A stretch of DNA of 63,800 bases, filler included, from Reclinomonas americana ATCC 50394 (lineage: Eukaryota): assembly GCA_048213135.1 (NCBI GenBank). It is 17 parts of 17 records of this genome, joined end to end, with 100 filler letters (N's around TTAATTAATTAA, not from the genome) between each part and the next. Parts side by side here need not be neighbours in the genome. Positions count along the whole stretch, not along the records: positions 45,906 to 47,133 come from AFZH01024338.1; positions 47,234 to 51,836 come from AFZH01024339.1; positions 51,937 to 55,313 come from AFZH01024340.1; positions 55,414 to 57,440 come from AFZH01024341.1; 13 more parts are not named here. One strand, given 5' to 3'. Below are positions 45,990 to 57,540 of this stretch, one piece after another. Each line of letters opens with the position of its first letter. The stretch's first letter is position 1. The notes under the pieces were generated by a model, which worked only from the letters and a program-made list of their open reading frames with translations, searched no databases and had not been told where the DNA came from. A program made the translations under genes and the position numbers.

Positions 45990-46898
45990 TCAGCGCCGCG
46001 CTCCCGGTGGTGCCGTGGCGACGATCAGCCCGGCTGCGACGATCACCGCGATCCCCGCCCAAGTCATCGGCGAGGGCAGGTCGCCGAACAGGGCAAAGCC
46101 GAGCGCGGTGGCGCCGATCAGCTCGAGATAGACCAGGGGCGAGAGCGTCCCGACCGACGCGAGGCGGAAGGCGCTGATCGTCATCAGATTGCTGAGCGTC
46201 GAGACGAGGCCCATCAGCAGAATGAGCAGCAGGCCCTCACGCGTCGGCATGGTCCATTGCAGTACGGCGAAGGGCATCAGCATCAGGATGCCGAGCACGA
46301 GCTGGATCGTCAGGGTTGAAACCGGCGATCTGCCCTGCGCTGTCGCCCGCGTCAGTACCAGATAGCAGGCCATGCAGAAGCCAGAGGCGAGCGCGATCAA
46401 CGTGTCGGCGCTGGTCTCGGTCCCGGGGCGCACGACGAGGATCGCGCCGACGAACCCCAAGACCACCGCCGAGAGCTTCCGGCGATCTAGCCGCTCGCGC
46501 AGCGCGATTGCGGCAAGCAAGGTCGCTGCGATCGGGGCGATAAAATAGGCGCCGAGCGCATCGGCCAGCGGGATGCGCGCGATCGCCACGAAATAGAGCG
46601 TCATCGCCGCGACCAGGAAAGCGGTGCGCACGACCTGGGCAAGCCAGTATCGGGCACGCGACGCCGGAGCGTGCGCCGGCTCCGGTGCTCGCCCGCGCTG
46701 GATCAGGGCCACCGGCAGGATGAAACCGAGCGCCGCGATATAGCGCACCCAGCTGAGGAAGGCCGGGGAGTGGGCGCCGCTGAGATATTTGGCGATGGCG
46801 TCGGAGCTCGGGATGATCAGCATCGCCGTCGCCATGAGCAGCAGGCCGATTGCTTCGTCGCGCCGTTTGGAATGCGCTTGATCGGGAAAAGGAGACAT
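45990..46898 (-). CDS. DMT/EamA family transporter
   Basis: About 10 TM segments; 'DAIAKYL', 'LRERL', 'GAILVVRPG', 'LSPLVYLELI..LFGDLP'. Confidence 0.9.
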   Translation of the reverse strand: MSPFPDQAHSKRRDEAIGLLLMATAMLIIPSSDAIAKYLSGAHSPAFLSWVRYIAALGFILPVALIQRGRAPEPAHAPASRARYWLAQVVRTAFLVAAMTLYFVAIARIPLADALGAYFIAPIAATLLAAIALRERLDRRKLSAVVLGFVGAILVVRPGTETSADTLIALASGFCMACYLVLTRATAQGRSPVSTLTIQLVLGILMLMPFAVLQWTMPTREGLLLILLMGLVSTLSNLMTISAFRLASVGTLSPLVYLELIGATALGFALFGDLPSPMTWAGIAVIVAAGLIVATAPPGARR

Positions 46899-47022
46899 GT
46901 CGCGACCCTATCTGATTCCGTGTGGCCGGCGGCGTTCCCGTAAACGCGTCTGCAGCGTCGGCAAATGCGCGTTAACCGCGCCCAGCATCTTCCGATCCGC
47001 GCTGACGTTGCGATATTGACGT

Positions 47023-47058
47023 GAACAAGAAGGGAACTAAATTGAACATATAGAGAAC
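47023..47058 (+). promoter_or_regulatory. Two tandem alphaproteobacterial LexA (SOS) boxes, GAAC-N7-GAAC
   Basis: GAACaagaaggGAAC (47023-47037) and GAACatatagaGAAC (47044-47058), between TTGACG (-35-like) and an AAGGAG RBS. Confidence 0.8.
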
Positions 47059-47072
47059 AAAGGAGATGGGTC

Positions 47073-47133
47073 ATGGTGATCGCCCGCAAGCTGATGGCCG
47101 GAGCCGTGGAATTCCTGGCGCTCGCTCTCTTCG
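47073..47133 (+). CDS. Start of a hydrophobic SOS-box-controlled ORF (MVIARKLMAGAVEFLALALF...), truncated
   Basis: An RBS followed by ATG directly downstream of the LexA boxes. Confidence 0.5.
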
Positions 47134-47233
47134 NNNNNNNNNNNNNNNNNNNNNNNNNNNNNNNNNNNNNNNNNNNNTTAATTAATTAANNNNNNNNNNN
47201 NNNNNNNNNNNNNNNNNNNNNNNNNNNNNNNNN

Positions 47234-48457
47234 TGAGCTCCGCGAGTCTCCCGGTGTTGCACTGCCGGATCGAGGGGTTTTACACTGGCCGACGGCGCCA
47301 CGTGCGGGCCTCCGAGCCACTCGAGCACGAGCGGTACATGGTGGCGTACCGTCCGTACATTCCAGTGTACGACGAAGCAGGCGAGGCGCGCTTTGATCCA
47401 CTGACACGCTGCTTTGTGTGCGTCGTGCTGCTGTCGATGCCGAGGATGATTGTTTCGCATGTCGTCTCACGTACTTCTGCGCGTGCGACACAGGTACCGA
47501 CTGGCGAATGCTGTGATCATCGACGACGTGAAAGTGTTGTTCCCCTCCAGCTTTGCGCAGTTCCGGCACATGTGCCGAGAATGCTCGGTGCATCGTGTGG
47601 CTGGCAAGCGCAGTGGCAGTAATCGGTGCTTCGCCATCAAGGTACTTCCCTTGTCGCCGCGACTGTATCTGCCGTGGCCATGTGTGATTCTGCTTGCTTA
47701 TTGCAGTCGTGCGCGTGAAATGTGTGCACAGCACCGCTACACCGGAGAAGATGGTGATTGTTTCCTCCACGACCGCTACAATCGACTGGATGGTCGGCGT
47801 TTTCAGTTCTATGCACTGGTCAAAGACTGGGGCCCACTGCCGTGGGGCGTGGAGAATCCCGACGCCGACGATGACGACTGCGGGAATTCAACGATTGCTG
47901 GTGACGAGGCGTTGATCCTCGCTCGTCTGCGACCGCGGCGACAGCAACCACGTCCAAGTCGCCACAGCCACGAATCAATGGCGAGTGCAAGCGCGGCGGC
48001 TCCTCATTCGCTCACCCACCTACTCGCGAATTGGCCGAGCGCGAGTGACAGCGCCACGGCCTCTGTTGGCGTCGGTGACGAGGTGGCCGCAGAGGACGAA
48101 GATGAGAGGGACGGCGAAGATCACGAGGAGAATGGAGTGAGGAAGGTGGATGAGGTGGAGGAGGAGGAGGAGGAGGAGGAGGAGGATGACGACGACGTGG
48201 AAGAGGCTGCGCGCGGCGCAGTGGCGCTGAAAGGCGATTCAAGAGCTCCGCAAGGCGGCACTGCGGGCCAAGAGCATCGGCTTTCAGCACTGGGCCATGG
48301 AGTCACGCAAAGACAACGAACTGTATGCGTGGCATGCCGGCGGTGGTGCGTGGGGCCAGGTTCCTGTGGATACGGCGATGGACGCCCGTGCACGTTCCAG
48401 TGCTCGACGTACGCGTGCTGCTGTTGCCGCTCGCGCGCCGCAAGCCGGCCGCGATAG
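47234..48457 (+). CDS. Uncharacterised multi-exon eukaryotic protein with acidic tract and Cys-rich C-terminus, 5' partial
   Basis: Exon blocks with GT-AG introns; poly-E/D run; CxxC pairs. Confidence 0.45.
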
Positions 48458-49207
48458 CCGCTGCACCACGTGAGTCAGCGAGGGGCAAAAAGTGAACGAT
48501 TTACGTACAACGTGGTACTGTTTGAGCATACAGAAGGCACATCGTGGACGATTTCGCGACACTGACATGTCGACAGTCAGTCGGTGCGGGTTTGCAGTGC
48601 AACGTTGTGCGACCGCGCGCGTACCGAGCCAACTGTAACCAACAATTTCAAACCGACTGAGCAACCAATTCTCCGAATGCGGAAGTCGCATGTCTCAGAT
48701 CACTGTGAGTTCACTTGTCTGTGGCTCTGCGTATCAATCGGCTGAACAATGCTCGACCAGATCTGCATGGTGAAGAGAAAAGCCTGCTTCTTGCAACGAA
48801 GACGAAAAACTTCCAATAATGACGTTTCCAGATCCTAATCCTCGACGTCAACAACAGAAAAGGTGAATACCCGACGTGATGGAAAAGCCACTGTTCAACC
48901 ACGCTGTGCGAGGTGAAGATCGCAGTTCTCAACCTTGTTCGGAGCTCCGAGAGCGAACAAACACACACGCACACAAGGAACCTGGTGCAGCTGCTGCCCT
49001 CAAGATTCGTGTTCGTGTCGACATGTGGTTGGACTTGGTCATCAAGACAGATGTTACTTGTTTGTTGGTGAATTAATTGTTGTTGTTGTCAGTTCCTGCA
49101 CCTCACATTTGACTCGGAGGTTCATTGGCAAACGGCGTGATTTCGAATTCACTGACTCACGCAGGTGATCTTCCCGGTACTAGCACTCAGCGTGCGCACT
49201 GCACCAC

Positions 49208-50729
49208 TCAAACGTTCAAAGCACGCAGACTAATGGCCACAGCGTATGTGGTCATGCCCGCCGAGGTGACCAGCTTCGCACGTGGGCATTGATCGCGGTT
49301 GCGAAGAACGTTGACTATCGACGCCGGCTGGCGGCTCCGCTGAGCAAGTTGAGGATCCTCACTGAGGACGCCCAGTGCATGCAGATGGACGCCCTTGGAG
49401 GTTGCGGCGGGAGCACACCAGTTCCGGGCCACGGATGGGTCTCCGTACGAGATGTCCAAGTAGCCGCCTCCGCAAATGTTGATGTACTTGTCATAGTTGT
49501 TGCCGTGGACGGCGAAGCCAACCGCGTCATAGTAGCGCGTATCGTCAATCACGGTCGTGCTGATCGCGAGCTGAACGAACAGTGTGTGAGAGGCGATTTT
49601 GCGCAGGCCGACACTGTATACAGTCATGCTGCATTCCGCCTGCGCATGCAAGGGAGGAGTGTAGTATTGAGCGCAAAGGAGGACTGACAACGCTGCAGGC
49701 AGCAGAACACTCAACATTTTTGCCATCGGTCACCAGCAAGGCTTTCCCGCGCCATCCCGTAAATGCATTCTGTGCGTTGAGGAACGGAGCTGAGCCCTGC
49801 ACGAAGCAGCGGCCTGGAAACTGCGCAATGTTGGGGTTGGCAACGGCGTTCAGTGCAATACCGCCGCCAGTGATGGTTACGTCGGTAGGCGCCTGCACGT
49901 TGGTCTCGGCCTGAGATTGGGGCACCCGCGAGTCAGCAAGATACCGATTGTCATTGGGAGCCACACAGCGACGATGCACTGCCGCGTGGCCAAACACACC
50001 GTAAGCCGGTTTTGTTGGAGCGAGCCAGAGGCGGTGATCGTCGTCGAAGTGATGACAACAGTCTCAAACGGGCCCAAAATGGCACTTGCAGTGCACTCCA
50101 ATTGTGCTACTTGGCATTCGCCGTTCAGATCCTGTGAAGCGTGAACACACACAGGTACAGTACCGAGATATGAGAAATGTGCTACAAGAGGATGTGCAAT
50201 GATTGCCTTCGGCTCACCACTGCCTCTCCTTCCCAACCGTATCGCCCGGTGCTGCTGTCGAAAAACGGTCGGCTGACCGTGATCGAGAAGCCCTTGGGAT
50301 TGATACACAAATTCGCTCTGGCGTTCGACCGAAATTCCTCCTGCAGCCTTTGCCCGGATTGCAAACCGCCATGGGACTTCACCCGCACACCACCACTGAG
50401 CAGTCTCATGTTTGAAGATACAAGGACTCGGCATCGGATGGTGCCCCTTGCGGAAGCACCCGTGGCCACTGTCTCAGCCGTGTAGGGAGCAAGATCGCGT
50501 GTATCCATGGACTCCACAAAGTTCTCCACCTGCACCGTGAGAGAGGGAGAGAGAATTGGACAGAAAGTGAGAGCGCGCGAAAAAAAGGTCTCGGCTTTTC
50601 CTCAAAACCACGAACGGGGTGCATGTCGAGAAGTTCATTCTGCGAAGACTCGAGCTCGGCGTGCGCCAGTAGCATGAGCGTGCTTGTCAGCAGCAGCGCG
50701 GCGGCCGCCATGAAAATGTTGATGCGCAT
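49208..50729 (-). CDS. Secreted protein with about three beta-rich GG-motif modules; multi-exon
   Basis: Signal peptide MRINIFMAAAALLLTSTLMLLAHA. Modules centre on LLSGG, ITGGG and ICGGG. Confidence 0.55.
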
Positions 50730-51956
50730 GGATGGTCCTCTCTCTCTCTCTCACACACAAGTACGAAACACGAACGAATTTTGCTTTTTTCGCGCTCGTG
50801 CGTTCGCGCGCGCGACGAAAAAAATACTAAAACAACTTTACGAATCTCAACAGCAAATAGCTGCATGATGATCACCATCTTGAGAGAGCACCAGAAACGA
50901 CGTCATGGAAACGAGTGCACTATTTCCGAGCCGCAACGGTTTTTCCCGCGCGCGCGCCGAGGTAATTATACGTGACGCTGCGTACACAACAATACAAATT
51001 ACCAAATCCAAATAGCAACACAGTTGCATGATGATCATCATCGTGAATCAGAACCTGACACTAAGACATCACGTATACGTAAAATGTGCTGCAAGAACAC
51101 AGTCAAAAAGTCCGTACGCGTACACGTCCAGATCGATATCGATATCCATCTCGACGTCTCCATGGCCAACTCTTCGACGTCGGCAGCAGCAGCAAAGGTG
51201 GACGCATCGTGTGATAGAGTGAGAAAGGTTGCCATTGGAGTCACCGTCTTGCGATCGATATCGACAGTTTTCGAATTTGTGCACCTGTCTGTACTTCTCT
51301 CCGCCCACTGCCTTCCCCCTTGTGATTCACCACTAGAGCAGCATCAGCCCGGCGCTCGCCGTGCAGCTGGTGGTGGTGGTCGACGTTACATTTCTCCTTC
51401 GGACCGTGAAATGTTGTAACGGAAAAATCCTGTCTTGTCCCTCGGCACGCGCTCTCACACCCACATCTCTCCGACCGCACCATGCACTCGTCCAGTCGCC
51501 TGGTGCGCCCCACCACGCACATAGCAATCACTCTCATCCCCACTGACACGCGCGCATACACAGGGCGGGTCACCGGGATCAGCCTGGGGAGGATACAACG
51601 CACCTCCGCTCTCTCTCGGCGCACTGGGCTCGGCGCCGCCCGGTGCACCTGGCATGATGCCACAGCACCCGGCAATGGGCATCTCCACTCAGCTGCTGGT
51701 GAGAGACAACCACACACTCTCACTCACACTCGTTTCCTCACAGCACTCTCACTTGTTGTCTTCCCAACATAGACAAGCGCTGCGTCGCTTCAGGGCACTG
51801 GTGCCGCAGGTGCGTCTGTGGAGTTCTTCAAGGATCNNNNNNNNNNNNNNNNNNNNNNNNNNNNNNNNNNNNNNNNNNNNTTAATTAATTAANNNNNNNN
51901 NNNNNNNNNNNNNNNNNNNNNNNNNNNNNNNNNNNNTGGCCTCGTGCACGGAGCAC

Positions 51957-52488
51957 TTGTCAGGCAAGTCGCCTTTCCATGCACACACAGTTGCACTTGT
52001 CACTCTTACACACTCATCATGCAACAGTGGCTTCGGCACCACTGTTGGTGCACCAGCGCACACGCTCCTCCCGGGCTCCGCCATCTTCTCACTGGCATGG
52101 GGTGCCATGTACTGGGTGTTTGAGCAGCTCATCAACTGGTTGTTCCTCGGCTCTGCCATGCACGCGGCCGCAGCGAGCGCTCTCACTGCGTCATTGGTGA
52201 TGGCCACGTGTGCCAGTGTTCTCTTCCTGGTGCTTGTCTTTGGCACGCTGCACAGACGACTGGCGATGTCGCCTCCGTATAACACACTCACTGAGGAGTT
52301 CCGTGAGGCGTCACTGGTGCGTACGCGCGCGCGTGTGTGTCATGATCATCGTGCAGTCATCCATCCATCCATCAACCGCATGCATGCAGGATTATGGGTG
52401 GCACATTGGACTGCCGCTGCTGTCCATGTTTGCTGGTGGCGCCACCTTCATTGGCTACTTGGTGCTGCAGTTCATTGGCATCCTCTGA
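51957..52488 (+). CDS. Small multi-TM eukaryotic membrane protein (uncharacterised)
   Basis: Hydrophobic exons joined by a GT-AG intron, ending ...YLVLQFIGIL*. Confidence 0.4.
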
Positions 52489-52679
52489 CTCTCGTTGCAG
52501 TGAACCCACACACACAGACATTGTCGTGCGTCATGGTCATGTTGTTGTTATTAACATTTCGTTCTGCAGCACACACACTCTGTGCGCAGTGTGAGGACAA
52601 GCTGTTGGCATTACCTCTCCTCCTTCCCACTCTCCGTCTACCGCTCTGGTGGTTCTAAAACAAGAAAACGCAGGGTCGC

Positions 52680-53732
52680 TCATACAGCAGCATCAGCCGC
52701 TGTGTCTGTGGGCAGTGGCTTCTCGGCGCGGTGCGAGATGGTGAAGCCGACCTGCCGCAGCACGTGCAGTGCCGTTGGGTTGTCGACGTGCGAGGTGACC
52801 ACCGCGCGCAGCGACTCCAGTGCCGCCTGACACGTCCACGGCACGTTCGGCTGCGGATCGTCGGTGGAGAAGCGCCGCCACACCAAGTTGACGGCGAGTT
52901 GCAGCACGTAGCGACCGAGTCCGCGACCTCGATACTCGGGAAGCACACCTGCCATTGCACGCACGAGTCAGGCGACCAATCAACAGTGAGGGACTTTAGA
53001 GAACAGAGTGTGTGCACACTCACCAAAGTTGGCAATCTGCGCGAGTGTGGGGCTTCGTCGAAAGTCGAGCAACAGAAAGGCGGCTGGCGATCCATCGACG
53101 TACGCCACATGCAGCTCCACCAGCTCGTGCTGCAAAAACTGGCGTCCTTCCGAGTCCGGCAAAGCTGGCGGGATGGTCGCCTCTGCTGTCTTCGTGGCGG
53201 CGGTGGCGGCGGTGGTGGCAGCTGCTGTGGGCGAGGTGGAAAAGGTGGTGGAGGTGGCGTCGACATCCGAGTCGAGCTTCATCTCACACCGGCACGACAT
53301 GCAGAGGAAGCCGTAGTAGGCCATGGACGGATTGACAGCGCGCAACAGAATCAGCGTCGATCCAGTGAAGCTGCGTGGCATGCGCGGTGGCTTGTTCTCC
53401 AGCGCCCACTCCGGCGCCGTCTTCATCTCCACATACGTCTGCTCGTGCGCGGCCGAGGTCGGCGACAAGCACGACGCCTGCTGCGCGTTGGCAGCCGCAG
53501 CCGCAGCCGCCGCCTTTTGCCGCACGCTGTTGATCCACTCGCTGGTGGCCACTGGCGCAGCGAGGCCCTCGAGAGCGCGGGGGGAGAGGAGGTCGTCGAG
53601 TTCGACAACACCGGTGCCAGCACAAATATCAATGCTGCTGCCGGGCGCACGCGCGGAATTGAGCGTGGTGATGGAGCCGACGCTCTCCACGCGCTTGAAC
53701 GCCGATGACTTGCTGGCCGTACGAGAGAGCAT
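52680..53732 (-). CDS. GNAT-domain acetyltransferase (eukaryotic, at least one intron)
   Basis: 'IANFG-VLPEYRGRGLGRYVL' motif A across an intron; 'DNPTALHVLRQVGF'. Confidence 0.7.
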
Positions 53733-54087
53733 GGCGTATGAAGAGGGGACAAGGTCGTATTTCTTCTCTCCGCCGTTCGAATGAAAATGAGGAGACCGTT
53801 GGGGTCGGCTCTGTTTCGCAAGTGGGACAAGAGAATCACCCTTTCTGTTTTTTCATCTGCAGTGCCCTGGGCCGTGGAAGCCGCGCATGCCGCGACACAC
53901 CACGACGGCCACATGACGGAGGACGGATTGCGAAACAACAGCAGCAGCAGCATGATGTCGGACACGCCAAATCAATGCATGGTGCAGCATATTTACAACA
54001 TCTCACAAAGCCACTGGTTTTCTCCTCTATCGCTCTCGTCGTTCTGCAACATTCTACTCCTATTATACATCCCCGCTGTGTCGGCGC

Positions 54088-55283
54088 TCAGTACAAGCGA
54101 TCGGTGGTGACGCAGCAGCCGAGGGCGTGCAGTTGCGCCTTGCGGGCGGCGTCGTTGACGGTCCACACGTTGCAGCCGGTGGGCCGCACAGCCAGCGCAC
54201 CCTTCACCAGTGTGTCACGGTCCTGCACGCCCAGCATGGAGACGCCGATGAAGTCCGGCAACCACGACGTGCAGCACCACACGTACACACGATCGACCAC
54301 ACGCGACATCCACTGCGGTGTGTACGCCAGCGGGCCCAGCGACTCGGGCTCCTCCAAAATCGCGTCCGTCAGCGTGTTTTCGGCCACCAACAGCATGGTA
54401 CGCAGCGACGGATCGCGTCTCCGCAAGCAGTATAGCAGCACAGGCGAGAAGCTGAGCACGATCACACGCGCGCGGAACTCGGCCGTCTGCCGACTCAGAT
54501 AGTCGACAAAATATCTCGCGGTGGCGCGAGGCGACAGCAGGTCCTTGATCTCCAAAAAGAGATACGACTGCGTGGCGGCCGCACCGACATCCGGCACCGC
54601 ACCCGTCAGCAGCGCCACCACCTCGTCCAGAGTCGGAACCGCCATGGACATGACGGCTGGCGTGAGGTGCGGATGCGCTGCGTGCACCGTCTGTGCGTCG
54701 GGAGTGACGACGTAGGGTCGGCCACTCTCGGCCAGCGAGTACTCGGTCACCTCCTTGTCGATGCCCGTGGTGCGCTTCAAACTGCGCGTGACAACAACGA
54801 AAGGGGAACAAGTGAGTGCGAGCGGGCGAGCGCGCATCGGGCTATTGGCAGGCGAGACGAAACTTGAAGTCGTGATGCACCAACGGCACTCCGTCGGCTG
54901 TGATGTGCACATCAATCTCCACCGCGTGCACACCAACACCCGAGTCGGCCGGGTCAGTTGCGCGACTCGTGTTGTTGTTGTTGTCAGTGGCCGCACAGTT
55001 GAGACTGCTGCGCATCAGCGCATGCGCCAACGCAGGGATCGTGTTCTCCGGCAGTGTAGCTGTGCGTCCGCCACTGCAAGACACAACAAGCTCAAATCAG
55101 CCGACTGCTGCACATCCGGGCCATGACGACGATCGAGAGCGACAAAACACAAACACATGGCGAGAGAGAGAGAGAGAGAGAGAGGTGATACACGCGCATG
55201 GAGTGCGGAAGGAGAGACGGAAGAGTGTGGAGGTGCGAAATGGCGATTGCAATTGCAAGTGATGCAGTTCCGCACGGGATCAT
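54088..55283 (-). CDS. Glycerophosphodiester phosphodiesterase (GDPD family); 5' end uncertain
   Basis: PENTIPAL, VEIDVHITADGVPLVHHD, LKRTT, PTLDEV, FLEIK, VIVLSF, VWTVND, TTDR. Confidence 0.88.
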
Positions 55284-55413
55284 GATTGTGTCTGTCTCTC
55301 CTTCTCCCTCTCTNNNNNNNNNNNNNNNNNNNNNNNNNNNNNNNNNNNNNNNNNNNNTTAATTAATTAANNNNNNNNNNNNNNNNNNNNNNNNNNNNNNN
55401 NNNNNNNNNNNNN

Positions 55414-57310
55414 TCACAACGGTGGTGGTGCCGTGCTTCTCGTAAACTCGCCGGCCACCGTCAGTGCTTCTCAGTTCTACAACAATCGCGTGGAGGATGC
55501 TGGTGCCGGAAATGCGCTATTTCCCTCTGGTGGCTTTTGTGGTGGAGGGGCGGTGCTCGCAGTCAATGGTGCAAAAGTCTCTTCGTCGAGCTTTTCCGGC
55601 AACTCTGTGCAGTCATTCATTCCTCTCGTCATTGCCGGTCGCTCCCATGGAGGTGGTGCGCTGTTACTCGATGCTTCGAGTTTGTCCACCGACTGTTTTG
55701 TGTCAAACAACTCAGTGACCGGAGAGTTGGTAACCGGTGGTGGTGTACTTGTTGGAACACTGTCACAGCTCGTTGATGCAACCGTCACTGGCAACCTGGC
55801 GCGAAACACTGGCGGTGGCGGTGTGGCGATGAGTGGACACGGCTGCGAAATTGTGAACTGCACTGTGACAGCCAATGCATCGCCTGCTGGATATGGTGGT
55901 GGCGTGGTACTCAATGAGGTGGCCACTGCTGCCACTGTCACCAACACTACAGTCTCCGGCAACTCAGCTCGCTACGGTGGCGGAGTTGCCGTGCGTGCCG
56001 ACCAAAACACTCTACTGGTTACCGGCGCGGCGTCGGTGAGTGGCAACGCTGCCTCTCGCAGTGGCGGTGGTCTGTACGTGACGGCCACTGGTACCGTCTC
56101 AGTGAGTGGCGACTCACGATTGGAATCCAACTCGGCTCGCAACTTTGGTGGCGGTGCATTTGCAGACTCGCAGTCTTCAACGTTGTGGTCAGGAGCATTT
56201 GTAGTACGCAATTCCGCGCCCTTTGGTGGAGGACTCTTCAGTGATGCTGAGAGTCTTCACAATATTACGTCCACCAGTTTTGCGGACAACAGTGCCGCTT
56301 CTGCCGATGGTGGCGGTATATATGCAGACGGTGTCTCTCGCATTAACTGTCAAAACTGCACGTTGACGGAAAACCGCGCTGCGCTGGCTGGTGGCGGACT
56401 CTTTGTGTCGGAACTTGCCGTTGTCAATACTACCGAGTCCCGGTTCACGTCTAACAACGCCAACACCTCTGGTGGGCATGTGTGCTTGCGAGGTCGCAGT
56501 GAGTGGAGCGACACGCATTCCGAGTTTGGCGTCGGACGTGCCATGCTGGCTGGTGGTGCAGCGTTTTTTGCAGGTGCAGCAGCTGCTCGTCTGCGCGAGT
56601 CACAGTTCGCCTCCAACACGGTCGTGGCAGGTGGTGGTGGCGCTCTTTCCATAACGGAGACAGCCAATGTCACAATGAGCAACGTTGGACTCGCCGCGAA
56701 CAGGGCACTGTTCGGTGGTGCTGTGCAGCTGGACAACTCTCCGTCAGTCAGCATGACTGACACTGCGCTTGTCGGCAACGTGGTGCCAACTGCTGGTGGC
56801 GGTCTGCTTGCTGTGGGTGCCAGTGCACTGAGCTGTTTGCGCTGTCGCTTTGCTGGTAACGAAGCTCAATGGGGCGACGGTGGGGGTGCGTCGGTGACCA
56901 ACAGTACGTTGATTTCGTTTGTTGACAGTGAGTTCATTTCGAACTTGTCTGGTAGCCGCGGTGGTGGTCTCGCAATCAACATGACGGCTACGTCTGCCAC
57001 TGCTACGGCTGGCGGTCGAGCAAATCCTGTGGGCCTGTGGCTGCAAGGTGCATCGTTTGTCGACAATATGGTTGAGGCACCCGGAGGCGTACATGCTCTC
57101 GGTGAGGGTGCTGGAGGTGGGCTCTATTTGAATGGCGGCGGCGATCCGATGCAATTGTCGACTACTGCTGCAATATTCGCCTCATTCGGCGGTGGCTGGG
57201 AGCAATGGATTGAGGATTATGGCCTTGCATTTTCTGGCAATATCGCTGACGACAGCACAACCGCCGACATGGGCAGCAGTTGCGTCAACGGGCACCGACG
57301 CGTGTGAGAG
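55414..57310 (+). CDS. PMP-like GGA/FxxN repeat (right-handed beta-helix) protein, partial
   Basis: Many 'F/V-x-x-N-x-A-x-x-GGG-hydrophobic' repeats. Confidence 0.8.
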
Positions 57311-57540
57311 GTTTTGCTGCTGCCGCGGGCATGTTCGGGGAAGACGCGAAGCTCTGCTTTTCATTGTTGATGACTCTTGGCATTCTCTGTGTTTCTTTGG
57401 TTTCAGACGAATCACTTTGGTGCACCGTTGCTTCTTCTTGNNNNNNNNNNNNNNNNNNNNNNNNNNNNNNNNNNNNNNNNNNNNTTAATTAATTAANNNN
57501 NNNNNNNNNNNNNNNNNNNNNNNNNNNNNNNNNNNNNNNN

